From NCBI GenBank assembly GCA_013265495.1, contig MU058205.1:136312-200311 (forward strand): a DNA stretch of 64,000 bases, in the 5' to 3' direction. Positions within the stretch are counted from its first letter, which is position 1. The number at the start of each line of letters is the position of its first letter. The DNA comes from Vicugna vicugna (Eukaryota). The position numbers and the translations under genes were made by a program. Under the pieces are notes generated by a model, which was given only the letters and a program-made list of their open reading frames with translations, did no database searches and had not been told where the DNA came from. Below are positions 13,241-26,076 of the stretch, piece after piece.

Positions 13241-13700
13241 TGTGACCGAAGGCAAGTTTGTGTGTCCGCCACACGGTGAGGCCAAACAAAACGGAATGTT
13301 GGAGTTTGGAGCAGAGAAAGTTATACTGCAGGGCCGAGCAAGGAGGACGGGATGGCTCATGACCAAGAAAACCCCGAACTCCCTAAAGGGTTTCAGCAAA
13401 GCCTATGTAAAGGCCAAGTGAGGGAGGAGGGTCGCAGGGTCTGTGATCAGCTTGTGCACAGTCCTCTGATTGGTTGATGCTGAGGTAATAAGATGGTTAA
13501 CATTAACAATCCCTAGGCACCAGAAGATGTGGGGGCCACATGCTCACGATCATCAAGCAGTTAATTTCTTCCATTTAGTCGTGGTTTTTAGCATCTGAAA
13601 AACTCAGGCATGAGACGCTGTTATCAGTGAGGAGCTACAGCAGAGGATATGGGGGAGAGGTCTGTCCTGGGAACGCCCCGCAGGGTCCTGCTCGGTTACA
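13241..13700 (-). mobile_element. ERV1-type solo LTR, family B copy 1
   Basis: TG...CA ends (tgtgacc...gttaca), near-TSD tttg/tctg, reverse CCAAT box (ctgattggtt). Clearly similar to 40092-40530 and 57393-57844. Confidence 0.85.
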
Positions 13701-14964
13701 TCTGGTCACATGGGGAGCAGCCTGCTGTGTGCTTTCTTCTGACTTTTTAGACTGGATTTAAAGGATCACAACAGAATGAAGCCAATAGTATACGAGTTTT
13801 CTGTTACTTATATTTCACCTAAATAAAACTGTCCTAAGTCTTGTGTGTTTTCACGTCCAGCCTCTGCTATCATATCAGCAGTCCCTCACATTGTCTCAAA
13901 ATTCCCTTCTTTAGCTGCAGTTTGGAACCCGTCACTCCTTTGCTGACCACCTGTCAGAGCTGCCCCACTTCTCAGTGGAAGGAGGACTCGGGATGGTGGA
14001 CGCGGGGCCCCGGTCAGTGTGCTCAGTGGACAGGCTTCGCGTGGGAGCTACGATCAACACACTCGGGTCCTTCCCGTGGCTCACCGTCACTCAGTCCCCT
14101 CGCCCACTCTGTTCCTGCTTGCAGCGTCCGCCACTCGGCTGTCCTGATAGTCACACCAGAGGAGGGACCTTTGTTGACCGGCATATACAGAATCTGACAG
14201 CCTAGAATCTTATGATGTGATGGATTCACTACCTGACAGGGTTTTCTCTGAGTCAACTGGTCTATATGTTCAGTGACCTTATAACCCCTGGACTATGCAT
14301 GTTGTTCACCCTGATGAGATCACATTTTTCTCTGCGTGTTACGACATGTTCTCTTCTCATGTGCATTTGCCTGTCTCTTCCTTTGAAGGAAGATGCCTCG
14401 GGGGCAAGAATGCAGTCCTTTACTTCTGTATGTCCTCACAGAGTGTCTGCAGCTCAAAGAGCCTTGACAAGCAGAGTGCCCTAAGCATTTCAGTGAAGCA
14501 GAGCACAGATGAAAGCTGTTCCGGCAAAGGGATCGACTGCCCTTAGAATCGGACTTGCATTCATTTCTCAGGTTTCAGTGTATTTACAGAGCAGTTCACC
14601 CGGCAGGCGGAGTTGCTGTGTTCCGGTTCCCCCACATCCAGCAGGTCTCGGTGCTGACGGCCATCACTCAGCCGTGTCAGATGGGGTGAGCGGACCAAGA
14701 GAGACACACGGCGTTTGATTTGGTGGGGGTGGGGCTGTTTCTGTTCTTTCTTTGTTTTGAACTGGACTGTGTGTGTCAGGACCACACAGCCATGGTGAGA
14801 AGCTTCTCTGCTTCAAACCAAGCTGGAGAGCCAGCATTTCCAGGCCCATGTTTATTAGACGTATTGTAGAAGCCATGTCAATAAGAATAAGGAGAAAGTG
14901 GTGAAGATTCTACCCACCCACTAATTTAACCCTCCAGAGAATGCGCTGTAAATTGCTTGGTTTG

Positions 14965-15108
14965 AGGGGGGAGGGTATAGCTCAAGTGATAGAGCACATG
15001 CCTAGCATGCACAAGGCCCTGGGTTCAATCCCCAGCACCTCCTCTAAAAATAAATATGTAAATAAACTAAATTACCTCCCCTCCCAGAAAAAGAAACCAA
15101 TAAATAAA
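14965..15108 (+). mobile_element. Vic-1-like tRNA-derived SINE, full length
   Basis: A box-like tagctcaagtga, B box ggttcaatcc, A-rich tail, perfect 16-bp TSD taaattgcttggtttg (14949-14964 / 15109-15124). Confidence 0.92.
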
Positions 15109-16759
15109 TAAATTGCTTGGTTTGGGGTTTGCATTTGTTTTTCTGAGTTAAAACGAATTTGGAGCCTGTGAACAACTGACGCTCCATGACTTCTCTGGTA
15201 AGAAGCTGTATTTGTGAATTACGTGCCATTTCTAAATGTCTTGTCATGGTGTCAAGGATCTGTGTTAAAATGTATGAATTCCCATAAATCCGTCAAAAAT
15301 AAGCAAGCAGCAAAACTCCCAGCACTTTTTGTGCTGAGCCCCAGAGCAAGGACAAGCTCTTTTTTTGTTGTTGTTCATTTGTCCCGTGGGGCATTGGCTG
15401 TGGCCCCTTGGGTGTCCCAGCAGCTTGCGACCTTCCTCAAGACGTCAGCAGCTGAGCCCCACAGGGCAGCCCCGAGGACGAGTGGCAGAGGTGTCCCCTC
15501 AGTTAGGGAACTGGGGGTCCTGGCTTTCCTTCTGCAGGCCAGAAAGGTTTGGGGGCTCAGCAGTGGGGCAGACCCCAGCCCACTCCCTCGGGGAGTCTTC
15601 TCTTTCCTGTACTGTTAGGAGTCTGGTCCAATCCCCCCATTTTACACACGAGCAAATGGATGCCCCAGGTGTTTGGGGAAGAGCTGGATCAGGGCTCTGG
15701 CCTCCTGCCTCTGAGTCTGGGGGCTTCTGTTCTTCAGTGGGCGGTGGGCCTGCCCTCTGATGGCACGTTCACCCTGGAGTGGAGGCAGGGATGACCAGGC
15801 CAGCTGGGTCCATGGCTGCAACCCGTTAACATTTAATGAGTGTGGACAGACCCTCCTGGCCTCCGGGAGCTCTAAGCAGCTCAGAGGCTTCTGTTACAGA
15901 ACCAGCCTGGACAGTTACAGAGGCGGAGGCAGGGAGGCTGAGTGCGGCATGGTTTTAACTCCTGTTGTGAGCTGAGATAGGAGGAAGCCCCGAGAGGATT
16001 ACCCCCATGGGGGAGATGAGCAGACAGAAAAGCCAGTTTCTGCCCCGGAGCAGAGGTTGGGCTGCAGCCGGCAGGCGTGCAGGTACCTTCTGCTGGTCAC
16101 TCTTAGCTGGCAGGTTGGTCATTCCTCTAGCAAAGGCTGCACTGCAGCAATGGCATCACACAGTCACACAGCACCAAGGCCACGCGCCGCTGTGCTGGCG
16201 GGACTGCGGCCGGTCTGCGAGGGCTGCGCAGGCGCAGGTGGAACCAGAGGGCAGTCAGAGGATGGGCTCCCTGGGTGCTCTCAGCTCTTTAGCTTTTGTT
16301 GTTTCTTTTCCCTTCACTTCTTACCTGTATCTACGGATCAGACTTCTGTTTGCTTTGAGCTGGAGCCAGCATTACCTCAGGGGTCAGTGAAGCACGCTGC
16401 TGCACCGGGAATGGCACCAGGTGACCATCACGTCAGGCGTTTCGCCACCGGGGAGGGGACTGACCCGGTGACTCTTCTCTGCTCATGAACACTCGTGTAG
16501 TTTTTTTTTGTTTGGTGATTTAAATCTAACTGTGTCCTCTGGGCTCAGTGTTCTAGAATCCTGGGCAGGGAGAAAGTTGCTTTCACTGAAGAGTTGAAAG
16601 GATTCTCTGAGTGGTAACTAAACTCTAACTGGACAAAAAAGCTAAAAAGGCCTCCACCTCCCACCTCTGGGGACCACACTCAAGGAGGGACCCAGACGTG
16701 GGCTGGGCACCCTGGGCCACGCTTTGCTGTTTACCTTATCTGTTTTGATCCATTCACAC

Positions 16760-17540
16760 TGCTGTGGTCTGAGGGTTTGTGTCCCTTCCTGATCCATACT
16801 TTGGAATCCTAACCCCAAAGACAATGGTAATTGGAGATGGGGCCTTTGGGACGTGCTGAGGTCATGAGGAGGTAGCCTTCAGGATGGGAGTAATGCTTTT
16901 ATTAAACAGGCCATTTGCAGCAACCTGGAGATCTTCATTCTAAGTGAAGTAAGCCAGAAAAAGAAAGAAAAATACCATATGATCTCATTCACATGTGGTA
17001 TCTAAAAAAAAAAAGACACTAATGAACTCATCTACAAAACAGAAACAGACTCACAGACATAGTAAGCAACCATAAGGTTACCAAGGGAAAAGAGGGTTGA
17101 TGGGATAAACTGGGAGTTCGAGATTTGCAAATATTAACTACTATATATAAAATAGATGAACAACAAATTTCTTCTGTATAGCACAGGGAACTATATTCAA
17201 TATTTTGTAGTAACATAGTGAAAAAGAATATGAAGAGAAATATATGTATGTATATGTATGACCGAAACATTATGCTGTACACTGGAAACTGATACATTGT
17301 AACTGACTATACTTCAAATTAAAAAAAAAAAAGAGGCCCCACAGAGCTCCCTCACCCCTTCTACCATGGGATGACAGTGAGAGGGCATCAGCGATGACCC
17401 AGAAGGAGGGCCCTCACCCGGCCACGCTGGCACCTTGATCTCAGACTTTCAGCCTCCAGAACTTCGAGGAGTAAATTTCTGCTATTTTTAAGCCAGTTTA
17501 TGGTATTTTGTTATAGAAGCCCAACTGGACCAGGACACAT
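16760..17540 (+). mobile_element. MLT1A-like MaLR LTR split by an L1 tail
   Basis: tgctgtggtctga...atcctaacccc...ggcctttggg on the left; gctggcaccttgatctcagactttcagcctccagaact...tttatggtattttgttatag on the right. Confidence 0.85.
16913..17332 (+). mobile_element. Lineage-specific 5'-truncated L1
   Basis: atttgcagcaac...ctaagtgaagtaagccaga...poly(A). TSD aaacaggcc/aaagaggcc. Confidence 0.9.
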
Positions 17541-17769
17541 ACAACGGCCACACAGTAGACACTTCCCAAGGAAAGACAGACCTTGGGAAAGAGGTGATTT
17601 CTGCTTTTGCCTGACTCTCTTCCTGGGTGTAGGGCCGGACATCGCTCCAAATGCTCTTCCCTGGCCCAGGCTGCCAGGATCCTGTGGGTGTAGTCCTTGC
17701 CCCACCTCCCCTCATTCCTGGGCTTCTGTATATGTACCATCCTTTGTTCTTACCCCTCAAAAGCCAGGT

Positions 17770-17900
17770 CCCATAGACAATATCATCAGTCCCAGTTTGC
17801 AGATAAGGAAACTGAGGCTAAGGGAAGTTAAGTCACTTAATCAAGATTACGATTCTGCCAAATAGCCTATTTGAGATTTACGGTCTTCTAGCCCACTGTG
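17770..17900 (-). mobile_element. MIR SINE
   Basis: cagtttgcagataaggaaactgaggctaagggaagttaagtcactt. Confidence 0.7.
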
Positions 17901-18308
17901 GCCCCCCATGTCTGCTGTTTATTTTTTTAATGGTTGGGGATTCAGCTGAGATGCTGGGGCAGTGGGGCTGTGGAAGAGAGCCTGATCTCTATGGAGAGCC
18001 TGTGGGGCAAGGGGCAGGCAGCTAAGTCTACCCTGTTTGGCGGAGCTACCTCCATCAAGAGTGGTCCAGGACCCGGGGTCAGCAGGGGCTGTTTAAGGTG
18101 GCCTCTGACCGTCACGGGGGCGCATGGGACTAGGGAATGAGGACAAGGGAGGAACGGCGCTTCAGAGCTTCTTAGCCAAGAGCTTTGTTCAGGGCTCACA
18201 ACCGGGAGAGGAGGGACCAAATTATAAATGATAAACAGCTCATCCAAAACCCCACTGGGACTCTCTTGATGAGGCCCCTGGCTCCTTTGCAGACATAGAG
18301 GGTTGGGT

Positions 18309-18339
<31 letters not shown>

Positions 18340-18344
18340 CACAC
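18309..18344. repeat. (CA)n microsatellite
   Basis: Direct read. Confidence 0.95.
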
Positions 18345-20000
18345 AGAGTTTGATTTGGCTTGGTTTTGCTATGTGTTATTTCCACCTCCCCCCTTATTTA
18401 TTCTTCCATTGAATAAGACTGTAGCCTGCTAAATCATCTAGCTATAGCTGTAATGCTACCTAAGACCTACGCTGATTTTTAAGATTTTTCTCTCTTATAT
18501 TGGAACAGAGAAGACTCTGAAAATTTCACTCAGGGAAAGATCTTTCCAAATATAATTGCAGGTTCATCCTGAGCTTCCTAATCCCCATCACAGCTAGAGT
18601 GACTTTGTGTGACTGATTCGTTGGATTCTGATTCTCCCAGAGACCGTGAGCTTCCAAGGGCTGGGACCAAGCCCGTCATTTCTTCATTCGACAGACATTT
18701 ACGGAGCCCCTGACCAGACCAGATACAGTTCCGCAGGTTGGGGACACAAGAGGGGGTGACCCCACAGTAGACCTTCTCAAATGGTTCTGTGTCCCCAGCC
18801 CCGGGAGTCCCTGGTATACACACAGCAGGCACTTACTGGGTACTTACTGGATAGGAGGTGAACACTGCCCCACCCCTCATCTTCCCTCAGGGAGTGAGAG
18901 CTCCGGGTCCTCATCTGGCCGTCCCCAGCGAGCCTCCCCTAGCCAGCGCCCTGCCGCGCTCACAGCACACAGGTCTGTGCTAGGCTGGGGTCAAGACCCG
19001 TCTGCCTTCCCTAAGAATGGGCTGCGGACCGACAGGAAAATGGGATGCAGGCTGTCGCGGCGGGAGGAGGGCAGGAGGGGAGAGCAGAGGGGGCTGACCC
19101 ACTTTGCTTGTGTAACTGTGCAGCTGCCAGCCAGGCCCTGGGGCTCCGGGGGAGGGAGGGCCTGGCTTGCCGCCCTGACCCCTGCTCTGTGCCACATTAG
19201 TTGCAGGACAGTGACGTGTGTCAGGGCAGTGGGTGAGTCATCAACAGAGCCAGGAGGTAGAATCCCAAGGGGTCAGCCGGCGGGCGGAGGCCAGCCCGTC
19301 CATCGGCCTGACAACAGAGGCTGTGGTGCCACTGGGCTCCTCTCCCTTTGTCCCGAGGCTCTGGGCAGGTCCGCAAAACCCTCCCTCAGTGAAGAAGTGG
19401 AGAGAACCTGTGCTCTGACGAGGGACAGATGTGCCTGCCAGTCCTGGAGCCGCCATTGCCCAGAGGAGCAAGGTCTCTCCAATTCTCTAAACCTCAGTTT
19501 TCTTATCTAGGGATGGGTATAATAATATCTCCCCGCAGGAACTGTTGGAAGATTAGAAATGCTATTTGTACAGCAGGCAGCCATCAATAAATGGTGGGCA
19601 TCATCCCCTAGACCTCCCGGTTGGAACCTAACCCGAACCTGTGCTCATGGTCACTGCACATCACCAATCACAGTCCCACCTCTGCCCCTTCCTGAACACC
19701 ACAGCTGCAGGGACAGAGGAGTAACCCACCCCAGCCTCCGCTCGCCCGCTCTGGGGAGAGGAAGGCCCTCCTGCCGGTGCTGGGTGACGACCAGCACCAG
19801 CTGCTCCGCGCCAGCAGGAACCTCGTCCTCTGAGCACAGCCAGCGCCGCCATCGCCCAGACCTTCCCCACGCTTCCCCCACGGTCTCACTCTTACCCGAA
19901 CTCCCTCAGTTTCCTTTCCTGCCCTTGGAAATGAAATGTCTCTGAATCTCCCGCATACTCCTTTGGGGACTTTCCTCTTTCTTCTTGGCTTTGAGCAAGG

Positions 20001-20660
20001 TGAGACAAGAAGGAAGGGGGCAGGGCACAGCCATTCAAGAAATAACACAGCAGTTAACACCAAGGTGGTGGAAAATTCAACTCCCCTCAGGCCTTGAGGC
20101 CCAAGATGGAAGGAGATTTGGCTTCTGGTTGACCTTGAACTTCATTGTGCGTTCACTGTAATGTAGTAGCATGGCGAATGGCACTCCCACAGGCGCCGTG
20201 ACAGCTCCCAGGCTGACCACAGCAGGCCAAAAAGTGGGCGGTGGCCCAGTTCCTGGGAATCCCCGCCCCCTCCCCAAAGTAGTTGGAATAGTCCCCCCAC
20301 TTGTTAGCATGTGAAGTTACAGAGCCCGTTAAGACTAACAGCCCCCACACCTCGTGGCCGCGCTCCCTTCTGAGTGAGACAGTCTACACTCCGTCTATGG
20401 GGTGAGTATCTACTTTTACTTAAAACTGAGCACCCGGTCCCCACACCTCATGGCCATTCTCTTCCTTCTGAAACAGCCTTCACTCTGTCTTTGGAGTATG
20501 TATCTCTCTGAATACGTCTACCTTTACTCAACTGTGGCTCGCTCTTGAATTCTTTCCTGCACAAAGCCAAGGACCCACACTTGATGGGGCACGTCCCAGG
20601 GATTCAACTGAGACCTGGGACATGGCCGTCCTCTCACCCCACATTCATTTTCCTGTGTCA
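20001..20660 (+). mobile_element. ERV1-type solo LTR, family A copy 1
   Basis: tgagaca...tgtgtca ends. Similar to 29514-30124, 61839-62483 and 63849-64000. No PBS follows it. Confidence 0.85.
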
Positions 20661-20999
20661 GAGAGATGCCCCGTCTTCACAAGCAGAAGCCCTTCTGTGT
20701 GCCCTTCTCCTTCTCCCGGTTCCTGCCTTCCTTCTGTTTCCTCCAAGCTGTCCTCTTCGTTGAACCTCCCCTGGGTCTTGTGTCCTCCCAGTGAGCCTTG
20801 TACGCAGCACTTCTAAAGACGTCCAGAGCTGCCTCACCAAGGGTCACCTGGGCTTCTTGCCAGCATGCAGATTCCCCGGCCTCCCTCTTACTTGCTCGAA
20901 CAGAATGGGGGCCTGGGAATCTGGGTGACATTTGAAAAATTCTCTCCTTTAAAAATTTTTTAAAAACAAATTTAAAAATTACACAAGTGACAGCACTAC

Positions 21000-22500
21000 A
21001 CCATAAGGCTGTATAAATAGTCACAAAGCTCTCTCCAACTTTCTATCCTCTTCTTCCCAGGTAACCAAAGTCAACCAATTTTGTTTCTCTGTCCACATCT
21101 TTCTCACTCCTCACACTAATCCATAGGCACATATATATAGAGAGAGAAATTGCACTGTGGAGTTTTACAGAAATGGGGCCATGCTGTAAACATTACTCTG
21201 CAAATAGCCTTCCTCTTGTGTCAACACAGCAAGGGGGTGGGAGGGTAGAGCTCAGTGGTACAGTGCATGCTTAGCATGCATGAGGTCCTGGATTCAATCC
21301 CCAGTACCTCCTCCAAAAATAAATAAACCCAATTACCTCTCCCGGCCAAAAAAATAATTTAATTAATACAGCACGGACATCCCTCCAGATCAATATACAG
21401 TGCTACCTCATTCTTTTCAAAAGCCATGTAATATTCCATAATGTAGTTGGACACAGCTTATAATACCATCCCTCTAGTCATGGGCTCCAACGCTGTTTCT
21501 AGTTGGCATTTGCTTATTTGTTACCATTAGCAACTCTGAATTTAACATCCTTATGTATATCCTAATATATCAGTACTTTTATTTCTGTAGAATAGATTCA
21601 TGAAAACGAGATAGATTTATAAAAGCGTATGTGTAATTTTTAAAACAGATATTATATATAGCATTACTTTCCCCAGTTGGAGTCATTCCCACTCCTCCCA
21701 GCAATGTGCCCCGCTGTCTACTTCTTGCATAATGAGAGCATTAAGTGTTACTCTTTCCACACTTAAAAAAAAATATCAATAACATGATGGAGGACATTGT
21801 CACATGTTACTTTATTTTACATTCTTCTAACTATCAGCGAAATTGCGCATCTTTTCCTGTGTTTACTGACCCTCTGGGTTCCTTCTGCGGAACGTCTATG
21901 CATATCCTTCCATCATTTTCTTAGTGAGATACTCTTGTTCATATAAATTTTTAGAAGTTCTTTAGCTATTAGGCATACTAAACCTTCTTCTACTGTAAGT
22001 AATGAAAATATTTTTTTCCCAGTAGTTTTTTTTTTACTATGATCTTAGTTTACTTATTTTTTTTAATCATACAAAAATCTGAACATTTTTATTTGTTCAG
22101 GTATGTATGTCTGTCTTTACTTCATGGTCTCTAAGTCTCTTGTCTGGCTTAGAAAGAGCACCTATACTGTAAGATTACACAGATATCCTCTTTAATTAAA
22201 CATATTTTTATTGCTTTTATTTTAAAAAATATTTAAGTCTTGAATCCTCTTAGAGTTTATTTCTGTATATATAATGAGGTAGAAGTTTGACTACTTTTTC
22301 TTTCAGGTGAAGCACTAACTATGCCAGGACTATTTATTAAAAATAATTATTTTCTCCCTATAATGAAATACCACCACGGTTCTATGTTGTCCTATATGTC
22401 TCTTGAATCTAGTCCTAGGCTGCAATCCCTTCCACCAGTCCATTCAGCTATCTTTGTGCTTAGAGTAGCGAGCTGCACTAAATTACAGAATCTTTGGGTC
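21000..22500 (-). mobile_element. Ancient L1ME-like remnant
   Basis: Degenerate antisense L1 3' text (ctcattcttttcaaaagccatgtaatattccata; gcatcttttcctgtgtttactgacc; gagtttatttctgtatatataatgaggtagaag). Confidence 0.65.
21233..21362 (+). mobile_element. Vic-1-like SINE
   Basis: gagggtagagctcagtggtacagtgcatgcttagcatgcatgaggtcctggattcaatcccc. Flanks aacacagca/aatacagca. Confidence 0.9.
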
Positions 22501-23050
22501 ATTTAACTGTCTGGTAAACAAGGACAGACTCTGCCTTTGTTGCAGGCTGTGCTGGTGATTCTCGTTTACTGATGGTGTGATTTGGGGCAAGGTGGGTTAA
22601 TTTCTGTACTGGGAGCTACAGTTTCTTTACCCAGAAAATTCAAGACCCAAACTCTGGATTCCTCACAGCTCGACCATAGCATGTCATGATTGTGTCCCTT
22701 TCTTCCCCCTCTCGTGGGCACCAAATGTTCTGCCCTGGGCTCAGCTAGCCCTTCCTATTCTAGGATCCCTAATTGTCTTTGTGCAGCCTCCTTTTCAGCC
22801 CTCTCACCTCCTCTCTGCAGCTCATCTGCATCTTCAATATCACCTCTAAGCAGCTGATGCTCAGCTTCTCAGTACCAGCCCTGACTTGTCAGTTAAGTCC
22901 TTTTCTGATTTTTTTTTTTACCATTATCTCAGTTTGTAGAGTTTCTTCCTTAGTTATTTATGCTTTTTCTTCTTCCAAATAGGATTTGAAGTGGCTCAGA
23001 CCTGGTTTCTTAGGTGTCTGCTGGAGGGCCCTGCAGGGCCTCCTGCATTC

Positions 23051-23392
23051 TGTTGACCTGAAACAAATAGTCTGCAAGTTATTTCTCCAGCAAAAGTGGA
23101 TTTATTCAAGATCAACAGATTATTGCAGTTTGGGGTCTGCAACCATGGTGAGCTACTTGCAAGTCCCCAAATGGCAAAGAAAGGAGAACAATTTTATAGA
23201 GAAGGAATGGAAGTTGGGAGGGATATAGCAAAGAAACGGTCCATGGCTCTTCATTGGCTGAGTCCTTCCCAGGAATGAAGAGGCGTCTTTCTTCTTCCTG
23301 TGGGACTGTGCTGTTGCTGCAGGGCATGAGAACCTCCCATTCTGTTCTCGTAACTCGATTTAGTCGAGACTTTTGTTTATTTTTTTTTTCCA
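23051..23392 (-). repeat. Provirus 3' LTR
   Basis: Adjacent to the PPT. Reverse polyA signal tttatt near 23101. Aligns to 26077-26418. Confidence 0.9.
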
Positions 23393-23659
23393 TTTCCCCC
23401 TTTTGATCAAGAGCTTCCTCTGAAAGCATCACTTATCAAGAGTTAAGTTTTCTGGTTTCAGAGGCATTGTGTCCCTCAATGTCAGAAAAGACCTTTCCTG
23501 AGTATAATACCTCATGTCAGAAGGAAAGCACGCAAATTGGAAATCTATTGAGGTTACATTCAAGTTATGAGGAGGGGTAGGAGGGAGAACTCTTAAGTGC
23601 TTTTTATCTAATTATATATCATCAAGATCATAGACATTGGAGATGATCTGATGCATTAT

Positions 23660-24400
23660 GTCATCACCAGCAAAGGTCTGGTTTGGATACTTTGGGAAAA
23701 CTCTCTCACCAGATACCATCTGCTCCAATTCTGGGAAACCTTTACTTTTAGGTTACAAAATGATGTGCAGGGCCAGTCAGAGTTCAGGGCTTCCTTTCGG
23801 TGTGTCATGTAAATCCAAGAGTCCGTTCCTTGCAGTTTGGCATCCCAAGGTTTGGCTGCAGTACTTGACAGGGGACTTCCCATTGAAGTTGAAGAGAGTC
23901 CTTCTGGGGGTGTCTTTTCCAATAGACGAAATCTCAGTTTGCAAGGTGTGATGCTCAAGGTCTTTGTCTCCTGAGGACAAACTATGAAAAGGTTGCTCTA
24001 CCAGAACATGGCTGTTTTTAACAGAAGCAATCAGGCCGTTGTGATATTGGAGTATTTCTCCTTTTATCAGTTGTGGGTCAAAACAAGCAGGAGCCAAATG
24101 CAGTGGGCGCCTTGTGACCTTGTCTCAAAGGGTAGGTTTATGAATTCCAAAAAGGGTGCACCCGAGATTTAGAAGAACCAATGGCAATGATTTTGACCAA
24201 GGCGTTTGGAGGGCCTCTACCAATTTTGCCAATGAAGTCTTAGTAACACCTTTAGCGCACTGGACTAAGCCAGAGGATTGAGAGTGGCAAGCACAGTGAA
24301 AGCGTTGTAAAACCAGCCAAACAGCACAGACTTAGCAAAGCACCTAGTCAGTAAAATGGGTCCCTCGATCACTATGAAGTTTGAGAGGTATTCCCCAGGC
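23660..24400 (-). pseudogene. pol: ERV integrase (pol C-terminus), with stop codons and frameshifts
   Basis: Manual translation from 24400: AWGIPLKLHSDRGTHFTD*VLC*VCAVWLVLQRFHCACHSQSSGLVQCAKG (SDxGxHF and HPQSSGxVER-type motifs). The later AKLQGTDSWIY resembles the gamma-type integrase C-terminus. Confidence 0.88.
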
Positions 24401-24429
24401 CCTTTTTACTAGAATGGAAAGGTCACACT

Positions 24430-25502
24430 TCAGCCCATTAGCAGATACAGAGTTAAAAACCACCCAGGTGGAATCAACATCTGAAGAAAGACCAGAATTT
24501 TCTTTAAAAACAACCTGGAGTTGATTGTCATCAGCTCATCAGACTTTTGTATGCAAGTCTGAATTTTGTTCCAATCAGCAGGCTTTGGAAAAGCCTCACA
24601 AATTGCCTGAAGAATTAGACTAGTGTTTGCGTGATCCTGGTCATATAATAATTTACCGGGCTGGTCTCTCAGTTGTAATTCTAGAGACCTTTCAGGATTT
24701 TCCCAATTAGTGGTTTTCATCTGGTGCTGGGTCACCGCAGCACATGGAATAGCTGATATTAGTCAGAGGAACCAGGTTTGAATGAATATATTAAATTCCT
24801 TAGCATATCTGTGAGGATGTTGTTATTTGGGGAAAATCTTTGACTAAAGCACACTGTTCATTTCCAGTCCAGGGAATATAATAAATTAAGTGTTTAGACT
24901 CTGGATTCTCAGAAGGCCTAATATTAAAGGACAAAGTTCTGACAGGTTCAAGGAAAAGAGAGTAGGGAGAGTTTCAGAGAGGAGGAAGAGGGATTGGGAC
25001 AAGGGAACTGAGGGGACAGTGGGGGCCCAGTCAGCACTGAAGAGGAAGAGGAAGATGGCCCTGGAGTGGCGTCTGGCCACGAGGAGCTGAGGGAGAGAGA
25101 CAAGGCAGCATCAGAGGGGGCGCCGGAGGCAGAGAAGCCAGGGAACAGGAGCCTGAGGCTTCAGGAGCCATTTTAGCTTTCTTTAATTGTTCACCTCAGT
25201 TAATCTTGACGTCTCATCCTGCAGAGTCTCCTGGTAATATTCGGAGGCCTCACAATAAGAGCTCCACTCAGTTCTGGAGAGTTTTGAGCTACTGTAGTCT
25301 GATCTAGTTTTAAAGAACTTAAGTCTGGGGATTTCAAATTTTCCCATAGCGGCCACAGATATGCTAAATTGCCTTTGTTCAGATCAGTCCATTCAATTAG
25401 AAATTTGTATGAGGAAGGGCCATGATTTTTAAATATAAAAACAATCAGAGTCCCTGTAGGGGGTTGGGGGGCACCTCAAATACTTAAATCACTGGGATCC
25501 CA
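24430..25502 (-). pseudogene. gag: ERV gag remnant (MA, proline-rich region, partial CA)
   Basis: ORF 24430-24735 contains LQAICEAFPKPADWNKIQTCIQKSDE (capsid/major-homology-like). A pyrimidine/Pro-rich stretch lies at about 24950-25150. Position is downstream of the PBS and leader. Confidence 0.72.
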
Positions 25503-26055
25503 CATCTCAGAGGTCTCTCTCTAGAGTAAAGGACAATTTTCAAACAGCGTGAACAATTCCAGAACAAACAGCTCAATTCAAACTCAATTCAGGCTCGCAA
25601 GCCAATCCCAGTCAGTTCTCAGGAAACAGCTTGGTCCTGAAGGAGGCAGGCCTGAGGCTTTTTTTAGCGAGTTTCCAGAGAATAGCCCTTTCAAAGGAAG
25701 AGGCTGAAAGTTGAAAAACCAGCACAGCTTCAGGAGAAGCAGCCCCTGTTCTGAAGGAAATGGGCCAAAGGCATCTGAGCCTGCTCCACGAAACAGTCTG
25801 ATCTCAGTTCAGACTAAAATGCCAAAGGAGCACTCCCATACGGAACAGGGCCTTATCCAGAAAGATGAACTTTTAAATAGATCCCAGGTAAAGATTGGAG
25901 AACTTCAAATACAAGAAGGGCAGGAGGTCGGATCCAGGAGGAAAAAGTACCTTCAAACTCCTGGGTCGGAGAGAAAGCAGCGAGCACAATGGGCCCCGTG
26001 TGGGTACCACACCTGTTTGCTCACCAGCCCTGGAGCCGTGAGGGGTTTTCCCTGG

Positions 26056-26073
26056 TCCCCAGAGGGGCCACCG
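26056..26073 (-). promoter_or_regulatory. Primer-binding site, tRNA-Ile-like
   Basis: Minus strand CGGTGGCCCCTCTGGGGA, 3 nt after the 5' LTR, matches 14/18 to TGGTGGCCCGTACGGGGA (complement of the tRNA-Ile(AAU) 3' end, from recall). Confidence 0.7.
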
Positions 26074-26076
26074 GAA

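Noticed and set aside
14965..15045. tRNA-Ala-like sequence as a tRNA gene
   Set aside because: It has a SINE tail and TSD, and several diverged copies occur in the window.
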